The position numbers were made by a program, and so were the translations under genes. This document shows positions 18,327-28,452 of a stretch of DNA of 64,000 nt, piece after piece. How positions within the stretch are numbered: position 1 is the first letter of the stretch; each line of letters begins with the position of its first letter. The notes under the pieces are model-generated. The model searched no databases and was not told where the DNA came from. It saw only the letters and a program-made list of their open reading frames with translations. This DNA is from Candidatus Hydrogenedentota bacterium (lineage in GTDB: Bacteria; Hydrogenedentota; Hydrogenedentia; Hydrogenedentales; SLHB01). Location of the stretch: contig CAVUWV010000001.1 in assembly GCA_963745075.1 (NCBI GenBank), positions 367,478 to 431,477 of the forward strand, written 5' to 3'.

Positions 18327-19682
18327 ATGCGTATTCTGGTAATCGACGACGACTCGGGTCTTTGCCGATCCATGCAGATTCACTTGGAGCGGCAGGGCCA
18401 TGCGGTTACGACGGCGCAAACGGCTCATGACGCACTCGAGCGGTTTAGTGCGGTGAATCCGGAAGTGACCTTCGTCGATCTGAATCTTCCCGACATCTCC
18501 GGTTTGGACATAATTAGAAAGCTTAAGGAGCAGGGAAGTGAGACGCTTGCCGTTATGATCACGGGTGAGCAGGACGCCAATGCGACTATCCAGGCCATTC
18601 GGCTGGGCGCGTTCGACTATATCCGCAAGCCCCTGGACCTCGATGCGATTCTCGTAACGCTGGAAAAGGCGGCCCAGGATTTGACGCGGCGGAAGGTCGA
18701 ACCTTCCCTCGTGGCGGAAACGGGCGACGCACGAACGGAATTGGTTGGAGCCGATCCGTTGATTATTGACGTGCTCAAACAAGTTGCCGTTCTGAGCGAC
18801 AGCCGGGTCCCGGTTCTGATCCAGGGCGAGAGCGGGACCGGCAAAGAGTTGGTGGCTCGCGCGCTTCACGATACTGCCGGTGCGGGCGCGCCTTTCGTGG
18901 CCGTCAATTGCTCGGCGGTGGTTCCGACGCTGCTGGAGAGCGAGCTGTTCGGCCATGAGAAGGGCGCGTTTACCGGGGCGGATGCAACAAAAGTGGGCAA
19001 ATTGGAACATGCGGACGAGGGGACGGTGTTTCTGGATGAGATAGGAGATATGTCTCTCGAACTGCAGGCGAAGCTGCTTCGCGCGTTGCAAGAGCGTGAG
19101 TTTGAACGCGTTGGGGGAACGCGCGCGATTCCGTTCCGGGCGCGCGTCGTGGCCGCTACCCATCGGGATTTGCAGGCGATGGTGGCAAAAGAAGAATTCC
19201 GTCAGGATTTGTACTACCGGTTGGCGGTATCGACGATCGACGTTCCGCCGTTGCGGGAACGCCGCGGCGATATTCCGTTGATCGTGAAACATCTGCTGGC
19301 CAAGAACGCGATCGAGCTGCACCGCAACGTCACGGGCATTGAGGAGACTGCCCTTCGCGCATTGCGAGCCTACGAATGGCCGGGGAACGTGCGAGAACTG
19401 TCGAACGTGCTGGTCCGGGCAATCCTTCTTGCCCGTTCCGAAACGTTGTCGGCAGGGGAGATTCTTGCGGCCATGGGGCATGGCATCGAGCGGTTCGCGG
19501 ATCCCAGCGACATTCGCCCGCTTCGCGAGGTTGAAAAGGACTATGTCGAAAAAGCCTTGAACGCGACGGGCTGGAACATTTCGCGCACGGCGGAACTTCT
19601 CGATATTTCGCGCGTGACGCTGCGCAAGAAGATCGCGGACTATGAAATCCACTCGCCGGCCGGCAAGAAGCGGCTGGTTTGA
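18327..19682 (+). CDS. Sigma-54-dependent response regulator (NtrC/AtoC/ZraR family)
   Basis: REC domain (IDDD, VDLNLP, KP), GESGTGKE, GAFTGA, FLDEIG, WPGNVREL and a Fis-type HTH. Confidence 0.97.
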   Translation: MRILVIDDDSGLCRSMQIHLERQGHAVTTAQTAHDALERFSAVNPEVTFVDLNLPDISGLDIIRKLKEQGSETLAVMITGEQDANATIQAIRLGAFDYIRKPLDLDAILVTLEKAAQDLTRRKVEPSLVAETGDARTELVGADPLIIDVLKQVAVLSDSRVPVLIQGESGTGKELVARALHDTAGAGAPFVAVNCSAVVPTLLESELFGHEKGAFTGADATKVGKLEHADEGTVFLDEIGDMSLELQAKLLRALQEREFERVGGTRAIPFRARVVAATHRDLQAMVAKEEFRQDLYYRLAVSTIDVPPLRERRGDIPLIVKHLLAKNAIELHRNVTGIEETALRALRAYEWPGNVRELSNVLVRAILLARSETLSAGEILAAMGHGIERFADPSDIRPLREVEKDYVEKALNATGWNISRTAELLDISRVTLRKKIADYEIHSPAGKKRLV

Positions 19683-19795
19683 TTCAATCTAACCGAAATT
19701 TCGTCTGCAAGGCAGAAGAATTCTTTGTCAACGCCGATTCCGGCTTTCCCCTCCACGCCGGCCGACGCTGACCTCGTTAACAGGAGGTAGTCGTT

Positions 19796-20443
19796 ATGAA
19801 GAAGTTTATAGGCGCTCTAGTTGTCATTTGCATAGTGGTTGTTCTGGGGCTCGTCGTCTTCGTTTATTCCGGCGTGTACAACATTGCGGCGACATCGCAC
19901 CACACCGCGCCGGTTTACTGGATGGTGAACACGATGACGGATCGGTCGATCGAGTCGCACGCGCAGGGGATCACGGCGCCGAATCTCGAGGGCGACGATA
20001 CGCTACGGCTGGGGCTGGAGCATTACAACGAGATGTGCGTCACGTGTCACGGTGCGCCCGGAGTCTCACCCGCGGAACTTGCGAGCGGAATGTATCCGCT
20101 TCCGCCCATCCTCTCGGCGGAACCGACGGACATGACGTCATCCGAACTCTATTGGGTCATCAAGAACGGCATCAAGATGACGGGCATGCCGGCCTTCGGA
20201 CCGACCCACAGCGATGACAAGATTTGGGCCATGGTGTCGGTGGTGGAGAAGTTGCCGCAGTGGAGCCCGGAGGAGTTCGCGCAGCAGGTGAAATCCGTCG
20301 GTTTGGAGATGCCCCAAACGGGCGATGAAGACGAATCCGCGGAGCACCATCACGACGAAACCGCGGAAGGGAATGCCGGTTCGGCGACTGCACGAGCAGG
20401 AAGCCGAGCACCCGGGAACCAGTCAAGGCAATGGGTAAAATGA
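19796..20443 (+). CDS. Membrane-anchored monoheme c-type cytochrome
   Basis: CVTCH heme motif, YWVIKNGIKMTGMPAFG, AGGAGG RBS, His-rich tail. Confidence 0.92.
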   Translation: MKKFIGALVVICIVVVLGLVVFVYSGVYNIAATSHHTAPVYWMVNTMTDRSIESHAQGITAPNLEGDDTLRLGLEHYNEMCVTCHGAPGVSPAELASGMYPLPPILSAEPTDMTSSELYWVIKNGIKMTGMPAFGPTHSDDKIWAMVSVVEKLPQWSPEEFAQQVKSVGLEMPQTGDEDESAEHHHDETAEGNAGSATARAGSRAPGNQSRQWVK

Positions 20444-20449
20444 TTGTGA

Positions 20450-20485
20450 AAATCCCGTGCGAGTGTATGCTCTCGCACGGGATTT
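20450..20485. terminator. 14-bp hairpin between convergent genes
   Basis: AAATCCCGTGCGAG / CTCGCACGGGATTT. Confidence 0.7.
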
Positions 20486-20528
20486 GCGTCACGTAGGTCT
20501 TATTCCGGCGTAATCGTCCCGTCTTGTT

Positions 20529-21182
20529 CTATCGATTTCGGTTGTCGTCAATCATTTGGAGATACTTGGCCGGATTCTCTGCAACTTTCTTGATGCAACC
20601 TTTACAGCAGAGGCGAACGAGCCGGTTGCCGACCACGTACTCGATCGGTTCGCCCATGTCGCCGCCCAGCTTGTCTCCGGACACGACACAAGTATCCAGA
20701 GGGTAATTGCTCTTCTGCTTATCAATGACGGCTTGGTCCAAGGTTTTTCGGTACTCGGCCGGGTTCTTTTCGTACTTGGGTAGGCAGCCCTTGCAGCAGA
20801 AGCGGACCAGCGTGTTGCCGTCGATGTAGTCGATCGGCTTGCCCATATCCGCGAGTTTTTCACCGCTGACCACGCAGGTATCCAGGGGGTAGTTGGGCGT
20901 TTGCGCAGCGATCAGTTTTGCCTCGATTTGTGCATCGTACTTCGCACGGTCGGCCTCATATTTCGCGGGACAGCCGCCGCAGCAGAACTTGATCTCTTTT
21001 CCGTCATAGACCTTTACTACCGGTTCGCCCATGGCGCCAAATGCCTCACCGGATACCGGGCACGTGGACAGCAAGTACGGCGTTGGCGCCGGGGATTCTG
21101 CGGCGGCGACACCCACCGATCCTCCGACGAAGGCAAGCCCGACGGCCATACGGGCGAGTAGTTTTGCTATAGAACGTTTCAT
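20529..21182 (-). CDS. Secreted protein with three YHS/TRASH-like metal-binding repeats
   Basis: Signal peptide plus three C(P/V)VSG...(F/L)CCxGC units; GGAGG RBS. Confidence 0.88.
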   Translation of the reverse strand: MKRSIAKLLARMAVGLAFVGGSVGVAAAESPAPTPYLLSTCPVSGEAFGAMGEPVVKVYDGKEIKFCCGGCPAKYEADRAKYDAQIEAKLIAAQTPNYPLDTCVVSGEKLADMGKPIDYIDGNTLVRFCCKGCLPKYEKNPAEYRKTLDQAVIDKQKSNYPLDTCVVSGDKLGGDMGEPIEYVVGNRLVRLCCKGCIKKVAENPAKYLQMIDDNRNR

Positions 21183-21249
21183 TTTTGGACCTCCACCTAG
21201 GGTTATGTTGACGCCGCAGTCGCACGTCGGCGCTTAGCAGCATGTGGAG

Positions 21250-21266
21250 AGCAATCGCCGTGCCAG
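21250..21266 (-). promoter_or_regulatory. Sigma-54 promoter for the YHS/TRASH gene
   Basis: Minus strand reads CTGGCACGGCGATTGCT, near-consensus. Confidence 0.85.
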
Positions 21267-21820
21267 TAAGTGCAGGGTGCGCAAGGGGCGAAGCCAGGGC
21301 CGCGAAAGCATTTTTTCGGGGATACAGTGGTCACTTGAGCGTACCGAGTTCTCGAGCCACAAAGCGATGCAGGCTGGCGCGAATCCGTGCATTGCCGAGT
21401 GATTTCGGCATCGCGCGCATTTTCGTGCGGCCTCGAACTTGGTAGGAAGCATCGCGGTATTCAGCCGAAAGCCCAAGAAGGCTGAAAATAGGCCAAAATC
21501 GGTGCGGGAGAACTCGGTACTCTCAAGGTGGTCAGTATTGCGTCTTTCGATGGACAGAAGCTGATCACTTGGGAGGATCTAATCTGGTGGGGACTTTGCG
21601 TCAGAAAAACATGCTCAATTCGACCGGGGTCGTACGCGATGACCCGTGCTGGCCGTCCGAATTGGCGATTTCGTTACGTCGGGCGAAGCAAACGGTTCTT
21701 TGTGTCCGAGGCCGTGGACTGGTTTGGGTTGGGGGCGGCGTAGTGGTAATGTAAATGGGCTGGGATCAATAGGTTGGCAATAGGTTTCTTTCGGCCGGGT
21801 TCAATTATCGCAGTAGTCAC

Positions 21821-21836
21821 TGGCATCGGACTTGCT
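21821..21836 (+). promoter_or_regulatory. Sigma-54 promoter for the cusB-cusA-tolC operon
   Basis: TGGCATCGGACTTGCT, about 105 nt upstream of the ATG. Confidence 0.75.
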
Positions 21837-21940
21837 TTGCGAAGACCCACAAGTACCCATTCACCCGGTACGTTATTCGAGTACGAAATGAGTGAAGTGC
21901 ACGCATTACTGGCTCCACGGTCACGAAGGCAGAAACCCTT

Positions 21941-24409
21941 ATGAGCAAAGATGGCATACGGACTCGATTCAAGCATATCTCTCGACGGGATCGATTTGCG
22001 CTGGCGATCGGGATTGTCGTGGTCATTCTTCTCGTCGGTATTGTCACCGGTTACTGGCTTGGGCATCGATCCGGTGAAGCGGCGCCTGGCAAAGGAACGG
22101 AAGCCGCTGCCGAAGGTCAGGCGAAGAAGACGCAATTCTGGACCTGCGCGATGCATCCTCAGATTCGCCAGCCGGAACCCGGAAACTGTCCGATCTGCGG
22201 GATGGAGTTAATCCCGGTCTCGAGTGAATCCGGATCGGAAATGGCGGGTCTTCGAGAATTCCGTGCGAGTGAAGACGCCAAGCAGTTGATGCATATCGAG
22301 ACGAGTCCGGTCGAGCGCAAGTTTGTGACCAAAGACGTTCGCCTGGTGGGAAAGATCGATTACGACGAGACGCGGCTGAGCTATATCACGGCATGGATTC
22401 CGGGACGTTTCGATCGATTGTATGTGGATTTTACGGGGATCGACGTTCGTAAGGGCGACCATATGGTTTCCCTGTATAGTCCCGAGTTACTGACCGCGCA
22501 GGAAGAACTCCGGCGGACGTTGGAAGCGCTGAAGAATATGCGGCCCGGCGCCCCCGAGGTGCTTCGGGAAACCGCCAAGGCAACGCTGGAGGCGGCCCGT
22601 GCGAAGTTGCGGCGATGGGGCCTTACCGACGAACAGATTGCGGACGCCGAAAAGAATGGGGTTTCTTCCGACCACGCGACGATCTACGCGCCGATCAGTG
22701 GCACGGTGATCGTTCGGAACGGCCAGGAAGGGATGTACGTGCAGGAAGGAACGCGGATCTACACGCTTGCGGACCTTTCGAGCGTGTGGGTCAAGCTGGA
22801 CGCGTACGAATCCGATTTACCGTGGCTGCACTATGGGCAGCGCGTTTCGTTTACGACGGAAGCGTATCCCGGCGAGGAGTTCGACGGCCGGATTTCGTTT
22901 ATCGAGCCGGTACTCGATGCGACGACGCGGACGGTCAAGGTGCGGGTGAATGTTGCGAATCCGGACGGACGATTGAAACCGGAGATGTTTGTGCGTTCGG
23001 AAGTTCGAGCGCAGGTGGCGACGGGCGGACGCGTCATGGACCCGAGTCTGGCGGGCAAGTGGATCTGCCCGATGCATCCGGAGGTGATTGAAGACAAACC
23101 GGGTACGTGCGAGATTTGCGGCATGCAGCTTGTCAAAGCCAAAGATCTGGGCTACGTGTCCGCGCAGCCGAATGACGAAGATATGCCCTTGGTCATTCCT
23201 GCGTCGGCGGCGCTGGTTACCGGGACGCGCGCGATTGTCTACGTGGAGAAGCCGGACACCGAAGTGCCCACCTACGATGGTCGTCAGATCGTTCTGGGTC
23301 CGAGGGCGGGAGACTATTACCTCGTTCGGGCAGGTTTGGAGGAAGGCGAGCGCGTGGTGACGCGGGGCAACTTCAAGATCGACAGCGCGCTGCAGATTCT
23401 GGCGAAGCCGAGCATGATGACGCCGGAAGGGGGCGGCGGTGGCGGCATGCACATGGCCGGTATGGGCTCGGAGGCGAAAGGGGAGAGCACGGTCGCGATG
23501 AGAATCGATCCACGCACGGTGGAGCAGATTACGGCGCTCGAAGCGGCCGAGACGGTGTTGTCCGAGGCTGTGGCGGCGGACGACCACTCCGCGATTCCCG
23601 ATGCCATTGAAGGCGTCAAGAGGGCGTTAAACGAGGTGGACATGTCGCTCCTGGCCGGCCACGAGCATTTGGTCTGGATGGAATACTCGATGCGCTTGCA
23701 CAACGACTTGGTCGAGATGGAAGGGACCAATACCCACGACGACTTGGCCAATCTGGTCAAGACGATGGCGCATAATCTTTCGCAATTGCGCGACAAGCTT
23801 GGTATCCATGCGCCGGTCAAAGAGCCCTTTAACGCGCCGAAATTCGCGGTGCCGGATGCGTTCAAAAAACAACTCGGTGCGGTAAGTGATGCCTATTTGG
23901 GGATTACGTCCGCGCTGGCTAACGACGACGAGAAGGCGGCACACACGGCTGTGGAGGAGACCTTGCAGGCCTTGGGCGCGGTATCTGCCAAGAACCTTGA
24001 AGGAAAGGCGGCTGATGCCTGGGTGGAACAGTCCACGGAACTGGACCAGTGGCTGAAGGCGATGCGGGACGCAAAGGACATCGACGGAATACGGTCGACG
24101 TTGGACGCGCTGACGGATTCGCTCGCCGATACGCTGGAGCTTTTTGATGAGACTCCCGAGCCGCCGATCTATGAAGTGCATTGCCCGATGGCGATGGAGG
24201 GTGAAGGCGGCAATTGGCTCCAGCGCGGCGCCGAAGTGCACAACCCTTACTTTGGACATATCATGCCTACCTGCGGAACGGTCTTGCGGAAAGTGGGCGT
24301 GCATGATACCGACGACGGGGCAACGCCCACGCCGGCTCCCGGAGATAGAATACAAGCTGCACCGATGACGGATACCGATGCCCATGCGGGAGCGATGTCT
24401 CATGAGTGA
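21941..24409 (+). CDS. cusB: CusB-like RND periplasmic adaptor with two heavy-metal-binding domains and a DUF3347-like C-terminus
   Basis: WTCAMHP...CPICGM, WICPMHP...CEICGM, YSPELLTAQEE, LKPEMF and HCPMA...W...NPYFG..M..CG. Confidence 0.9.
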   Translation: MSKDGIRTRFKHISRRDRFALAIGIVVVILLVGIVTGYWLGHRSGEAAPGKGTEAAAEGQAKKTQFWTCAMHPQIRQPEPGNCPICGMELIPVSSESGSEMAGLREFRASEDAKQLMHIETSPVERKFVTKDVRLVGKIDYDETRLSYITAWIPGRFDRLYVDFTGIDVRKGDHMVSLYSPELLTAQEELRRTLEALKNMRPGAPEVLRETAKATLEAARAKLRRWGLTDEQIADAEKNGVSSDHATIYAPISGTVIVRNGQEGMYVQEGTRIYTLADLSSVWVKLDAYESDLPWLHYGQRVSFTTEAYPGEEFDGRISFIEPVLDATTRTVKVRVNVANPDGRLKPEMFVRSEVRAQVATGGRVMDPSLAGKWICPMHPEVIEDKPGTCEICGMQLVKAKDLGYVSAQPNDEDMPLVIPASAALVTGTRAIVYVEKPDTEVPTYDGRQIVLGPRAGDYYLVRAGLEEGERVVTRGNFKIDSALQILAKPSMMTPEGGGGGGMHMAGMGSEAKGESTVAMRIDPRTVEQITALEAAETVLSEAVAADDHSAIPDAIEGVKRALNEVDMSLLAGHEHLVWMEYSMRLHNDLVEMEGTNTHDDLANLVKTMAHNLSQLRDKLGIHAPVKEPFNAPKFAVPDAFKKQLGAVSDAYLGITSALANDDEKAAHTAVEETLQALGAVSAKNLEGKAADAWVEQSTELDQWLKAMRDAKDIDGIRSTLDALTDSLADTLELFDETPEPPIYEVHCPMAMEGEGGNWLQRGAEVHNPYFGHIMPTCGTVLRKVGVHDTDDGATPTPAPGDRIQAAPMTDTDAHAGAMSHE

Positions 24410-27400
24410 GCCGCACCCGGACGAGAACATCAACACGCATGAGTTATCGTTGATCGACAAGGTCATCTGGTTTTGCCTCAACAACAAGCTTGTCGTTGGT
24501 CTCCTTATCGTGTTCGTCGTTGTGTGGGGCATACTCGTGGCCCCGTTCGACTGGGAAATTAACTGGCTTCCGCGAAACCCGGTGGCCGTCGATGCCATTC
24601 CCGACATCGGCGAGAATCAGCAGATTGTCTTCACGGAATGGATGGGACGGTCGCCGCAAGACGTAGAGGACCAAATCACCTACCCGCTGACCGTGTCGCT
24701 ATTGGGAATCCCCGGTGTCAAGACGATCCGGTCCTCCTCGTTTTTCGGATTCTCTTCCGTTTACATCATCTTCAAGGAGAACGTGGAGTTTTATTGGTCG
24801 CGGAGCCGCGTCCTCGAGAAACTGAACAGCCTTCCAGCCGGAACGCTGCCCGAGGGGGTGCAGCCCATGCTGGGCCCCGACGCCACGGCGCTTGGCCAAG
24901 TCTATTGGTACACCCTCGAAGGGCGGGATCCGGACGGTCGCCCTGCGGGAGGGTGGGACCTCGCAGAACTGCGGAGCGTCCAGGACTGGTACGTGCGGTA
25001 TTCGCTTCAATCGGCGGACGGCGTCAGCGAGGTCGCTTCGGTGGGAGGCTTCGTTCAGGAGTACCAGATCGACGTGGACCCGGACGCGATGCGGGCGGAT
25101 CACGTGACGCTCGACGAGGTGTTCATGGCGGTGCGGTCGTCCAACCTGGACGTGGGCGCCCGAACCATCGAACTCAATGACGTCGAGTACATCATTCGCG
25201 GTCTTGGATTCATCAAGAGTTTGGCGGATATCGAAGAGTCCGTCATCAAGGTCAACGACAACGTCCCGATTCGGATAAAGGATGTAGCCCACGTATCCCT
25301 GGGGCCGGCGTTGCGACGGGGCGCCCTGGATAAGGAAGGCGCCGAAGCTGTGGGGGCGGTGGCGGTCGTACGGTACGGCAGCAATCCCCTGGCGGCCATC
25401 AAGAACATCAAAGCGAAGATAGGCGAGATCGCGCCTGGCCTCCCTATCAAGGCGGTAGTTGACAACGAGAAGGTGGACCGCGCCGAAGTCGAGCGTTTTG
25501 CCGAAGCCCACGGCTTCCAAGCGTACGCCGATGTGGGATTGAATCAGAAGGACTGGATGGCGTGGCTGCGATCGACGGACCGGCAGGAATGGCCGGACTG
25601 GATCACGACCAGCCAAGTCACGATCGTTCCATTCTACGATCGAACGGGGCTCATTTACGAGACCCTGGGCACATTGAACGAGGCCTTGCTGCTGGAAATT
25701 CTCGTCACGATCATCGTCGTGATCGTGATGGTTCGTCATCTACCGAGTTCGATACTGATTAGCGGATTGTTGCCGCTGGCCGTGCTCATGTGCTTCATCG
25801 CCATGAAAGTTTTCGGGGTCGATGCGAACGTTGTGGCGCTTTCGGGAATCGCGATTGCCATCGGCACGATGGTCGACATGGGGGTCGTGATCTGCGAAAA
25901 CATCCTGAGAAAGCTCGACGAACTCGAACCGGGAAAGAGCCGGCTCCGCGCCGTCTTCGACGCGGCCAGCGAAGTCGGCAGTGCCGTCACCACGGCAGTT
26001 TCCACCACGGTCGTCAGTTTCCTGCCGGTTTTCACGATGACGGCGGCCGAAGGGAAACTCTTCAAGCCGCTGGCCTTTACCAAGACTTTCGCTCTCATCT
26101 CGTCCGTTATTGTCGCGCTGGTTATCATTCCGCCGGCGGCGCACCTTATTATGGGAAGCAACTTCCGCTCGGTCCGTTTGCGGACGGGACTTCTCCTGGC
26201 AACGGTTTTCGCTGGTTTTGCGCTGCTGTTTTACGCGCCCTGGTGGGTCGGGGCTATCGTGATTGCTTTTGCCGGCTATCAACTTACCCGGAGCTATCTG
26301 CCACCAAGACTCGCGTTGGCGGGACCGTGGATTGCGAATGGATTGGCCTTGGCATGCATTGTCACGATCTTAACGCAACAATGGGAACCGCTTGGTCCGG
26401 AGCGTGGCGTCATACGCAATCTTGCGTTCGTCGTATTGATCACCGGCGGTTTGTTGGGTTTCTTTCAGATATTTCAACATACCTATCCGACGATTCTGCG
26501 CTGGTGTTTGAACCATAAGCTGAGCTATTTATCCCTGATCGTTGTCATTATCGCGACGGGGTTCTCGGCCTGGCTGGGCTTTGACACCGTTTTTGGGTTC
26601 ATTCCCCAAGGGGCCGGGAAAGTGGGGGTGTCGCCGGGGACCATCCGGAACTCGAGCCCGTGGCAGATCGCGTCCAGAACGTTTCCCGGGTTCGGTAAGG
26701 AGTTCATGCCGCCGCTCGATGAAGGCTCGTATCTCTACATGCCGACGACGATGCCACACGCCTCGATTGGCGAAGCCATGGATGTATTGCAGACGCAGGA
26801 TAAGGCCCTGGCCTCCGTGCCCGAGATCGAGTCCGTGGTCGGAAAGATCGGCCGCGTTGACAGTCCCTTGGACCCGGCCCCCATATCCATGATCGAGACG
26901 GTGATCAACTATGTTCCGGAGTACATCACCGACAAAGACGGTCATCGAATGAGCTTTCGATACGACACGAGCAAAGGCGAGTTCGTTCGCGATGAGAGAG
27001 GAGAATTGATACCGGACCCGGACGGGCGACCGTTCCGTCAGTGGCGCGACGCGATCCGTACGCCGGACGACATCTGGAAGGAGATTGTTGATGCCGCCGA
27101 GATTCCGGGTACAACATCGGCGCCCAAGTTGCAGCCCATCGCCGCGCGAATCGTCATGCTCCAGAGCGGCATGCGCGCCCCGATGGGCGTGAAGATAAAA
27201 GGCCCCGATCTCGAGACGATTGAAGGAGTGGGGTTGGATATCGAGCGGTTCTTGAAAGAGGTACCAAGCGTAAAACCCAGCGCGGTCATTGCGGATCGGA
27301 TCGTTGGAAAGCCGTACCTGGAAATCGCCATCGATCGCAAATCCATCGCGCGGTATGGAATCACGATCAAGCGGATGCAAGACGTCATCGAAGTGGCCAT

Positions 27401-28361
27401 TGGCGGGCGCAAGATTACGAACACGGTGGAGGGCCGAGAACGCTATCCGGTACGGGTGCGTTACATGCGCGAATTGCGCGATCAAATCGAGACGATCGGC
27501 AAGATCCTCGTGCCGTCACCCACCGGCGCGCAGATTCCGATCGATCAGTTAGCCAAGATCCGATACGTCCGGGGTCCCCAAGTTATCAAGAGCGAGGACA
27601 CCTTCCTGACGGGGTACGTCTTGTTCGACAAGCAGCCGGACGCCGCGGAAGTGGACGTGGTCGAGGACTGCCAGCGCTATCTGAAAGAGAAGATCGCAAG
27701 TGGTGAGTTCAATCTTCCGCCCGGCGTGAGCTATACCTTTGCCGGCAGCTATGAAAACCAAGTGCGTTCGCAGAAAACGCTAGCTGTGGTGCTGCCGTTG
27801 TCGCTCTTCGTGATCTTTCTCATTCTTTATCTGCAATTTCGCTCGGTGGCGACTACGACCCTTGTGTTCTGCGGAATCGTGGTCGCCTGGGCGGGAGGGT
27901 TCATTCTGATCTGGCTGTATGGTCAACCCTGGTTTCTCGACTTCAGCCTGTTCGGCGTTAATCTCCGAGAACTGTTCCAAGTCCATCCAATTAATTTGAG
28001 CGTCGCAATCTGGGTGGGATTCCTCGCCTTGTTCGGTATAGCGTCGGATGACGGGGTGATTATCGCTACGTTCTTGGACCAGAGTTTTGCCGCTCGTCAG
28101 CCCGAGTCGATTTCGGAAATCCGGGAGGCGACGATCGTGGGCGCCAAGCGGCGAATTCGTCCGGCCCTCATGACGACGGGCACGACGATTCTGGCCTTGA
28201 TTCCCGTATTAACATCCACCGGTCGAGGGTCTGACATCATGCTGCCCATGGCGATACCGTCTTTTGGTGGTATGTTGTTTGTGTTATTGACGGTCTATAT
28301 GGTGCCCACGTTGTATTGCTGGGTCAAGGAAGCCCAATGGCGATCGCGGCGATCGCGTTAG
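24402..28361 (+). CDS. cusA: CusA/SilA-type heavy-metal RND efflux pump
   Basis: DAIPDIGENQQIV, LGPDATALG, GIAIAIG.MVD, three Met positions equivalent to the CusA Cu(I)/Ag(I) site (LYMPTTMP, DPAPISMIET, RIVMLQSG) and RIRPALMT. Confidence 0.95.
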   Translation: MSEPHPDENINTHELSLIDKVIWFCLNNKLVVGLLIVFVVVWGILVAPFDWEINWLPRNPVAVDAIPDIGENQQIVFTEWMGRSPQDVEDQITYPLTVSLLGIPGVKTIRSSSFFGFSSVYIIFKENVEFYWSRSRVLEKLNSLPAGTLPEGVQPMLGPDATALGQVYWYTLEGRDPDGRPAGGWDLAELRSVQDWYVRYSLQSADGVSEVASVGGFVQEYQIDVDPDAMRADHVTLDEVFMAVRSSNLDVGARTIELNDVEYIIRGLGFIKSLADIEESVIKVNDNVPIRIKDVAHVSLGPALRRGALDKEGAEAVGAVAVVRYGSNPLAAIKNIKAKIGEIAPGLPIKAVVDNEKVDRAEVERFAEAHGFQAYADVGLNQKDWMAWLRSTDRQEWPDWITTSQVTIVPFYDRTGLIYETLGTLNEALLLEILVTIIVVIVMVRHLPSSILISGLLPLAVLMCFIAMKVFGVDANVVALSGIAIAIGTMVDMGVVICENILRKLDELEPGKSRLRAVFDAASEVGSAVTTAVSTTVVSFLPVFTMTAAEGKLFKPLAFTKTFALISSVIVALVIIPPAAHLIMGSNFRSVRLRTGLLLATVFAGFALLFYAPWWVGAIVIAFAGYQLTRSYLPPRLALAGPWIANGLALACIVTILTQQWEPLGPERGVIRNLAFVVLITGGLLGFFQIFQHTYPTILRWCLNHKLSYLSLIVVIIATGFSAWLGFDTVFGFIPQGAGKVGVSPGTIRNSSPWQIASRTFPGFGKEFMPPLDEGSYLYMPTTMPHASIGEAMDVLQTQDKALASVPEIESVVGKIGRVDSPLDPAPISMIETVINYVPEYITDKDGHRMSFRYDTSKGEFVRDERGELIPDPDGRPFRQWRDAIRTPDDIWKEIVDAAEIPGTTSAPKLQPIAARIVMLQSGMRAPMGVKIKGPDLETIEGVGLDIERFLKEVPSVKPSAVIADRIVGKPYLEIAIDRKSIARYGITIKRMQDVIEVAIGGRKITNTVEGRERYPVRVRYMRELRDQIETIGKILVPSPTGAQIPIDQLAKIRYVRGPQVIKSEDTFLTGYVLFDKQPDAAEVDVVEDCQRYLKEKIASGEFNLPPGVSYTFAGSYENQVRSQKTLAVVLPLSLFVIFLILYLQFRSVATTTLVFCGIVVAWAGGFILIWLYGQPWFLDFSLFGVNLRELFQVHPINLSVAIWVGFLALFGIASDDGVIIATFLDQSFAARQPESISEIREATIVGAKRRIRPALMTTGTTILALIPVLTSTGRGSDIMLPMAIPSFGGMLFVLLTVYMVPTLYCWVKEAQWRSRRSR

Positions 28362-28452
28362 AATGAACCTCGTTATTTGAGCAAAGGTTGTTATCCAACG
28401 GCGGCGACTCAATGGGAGCGGGGATGGATGAAGAGAGGAAGGGGTTAGAACC

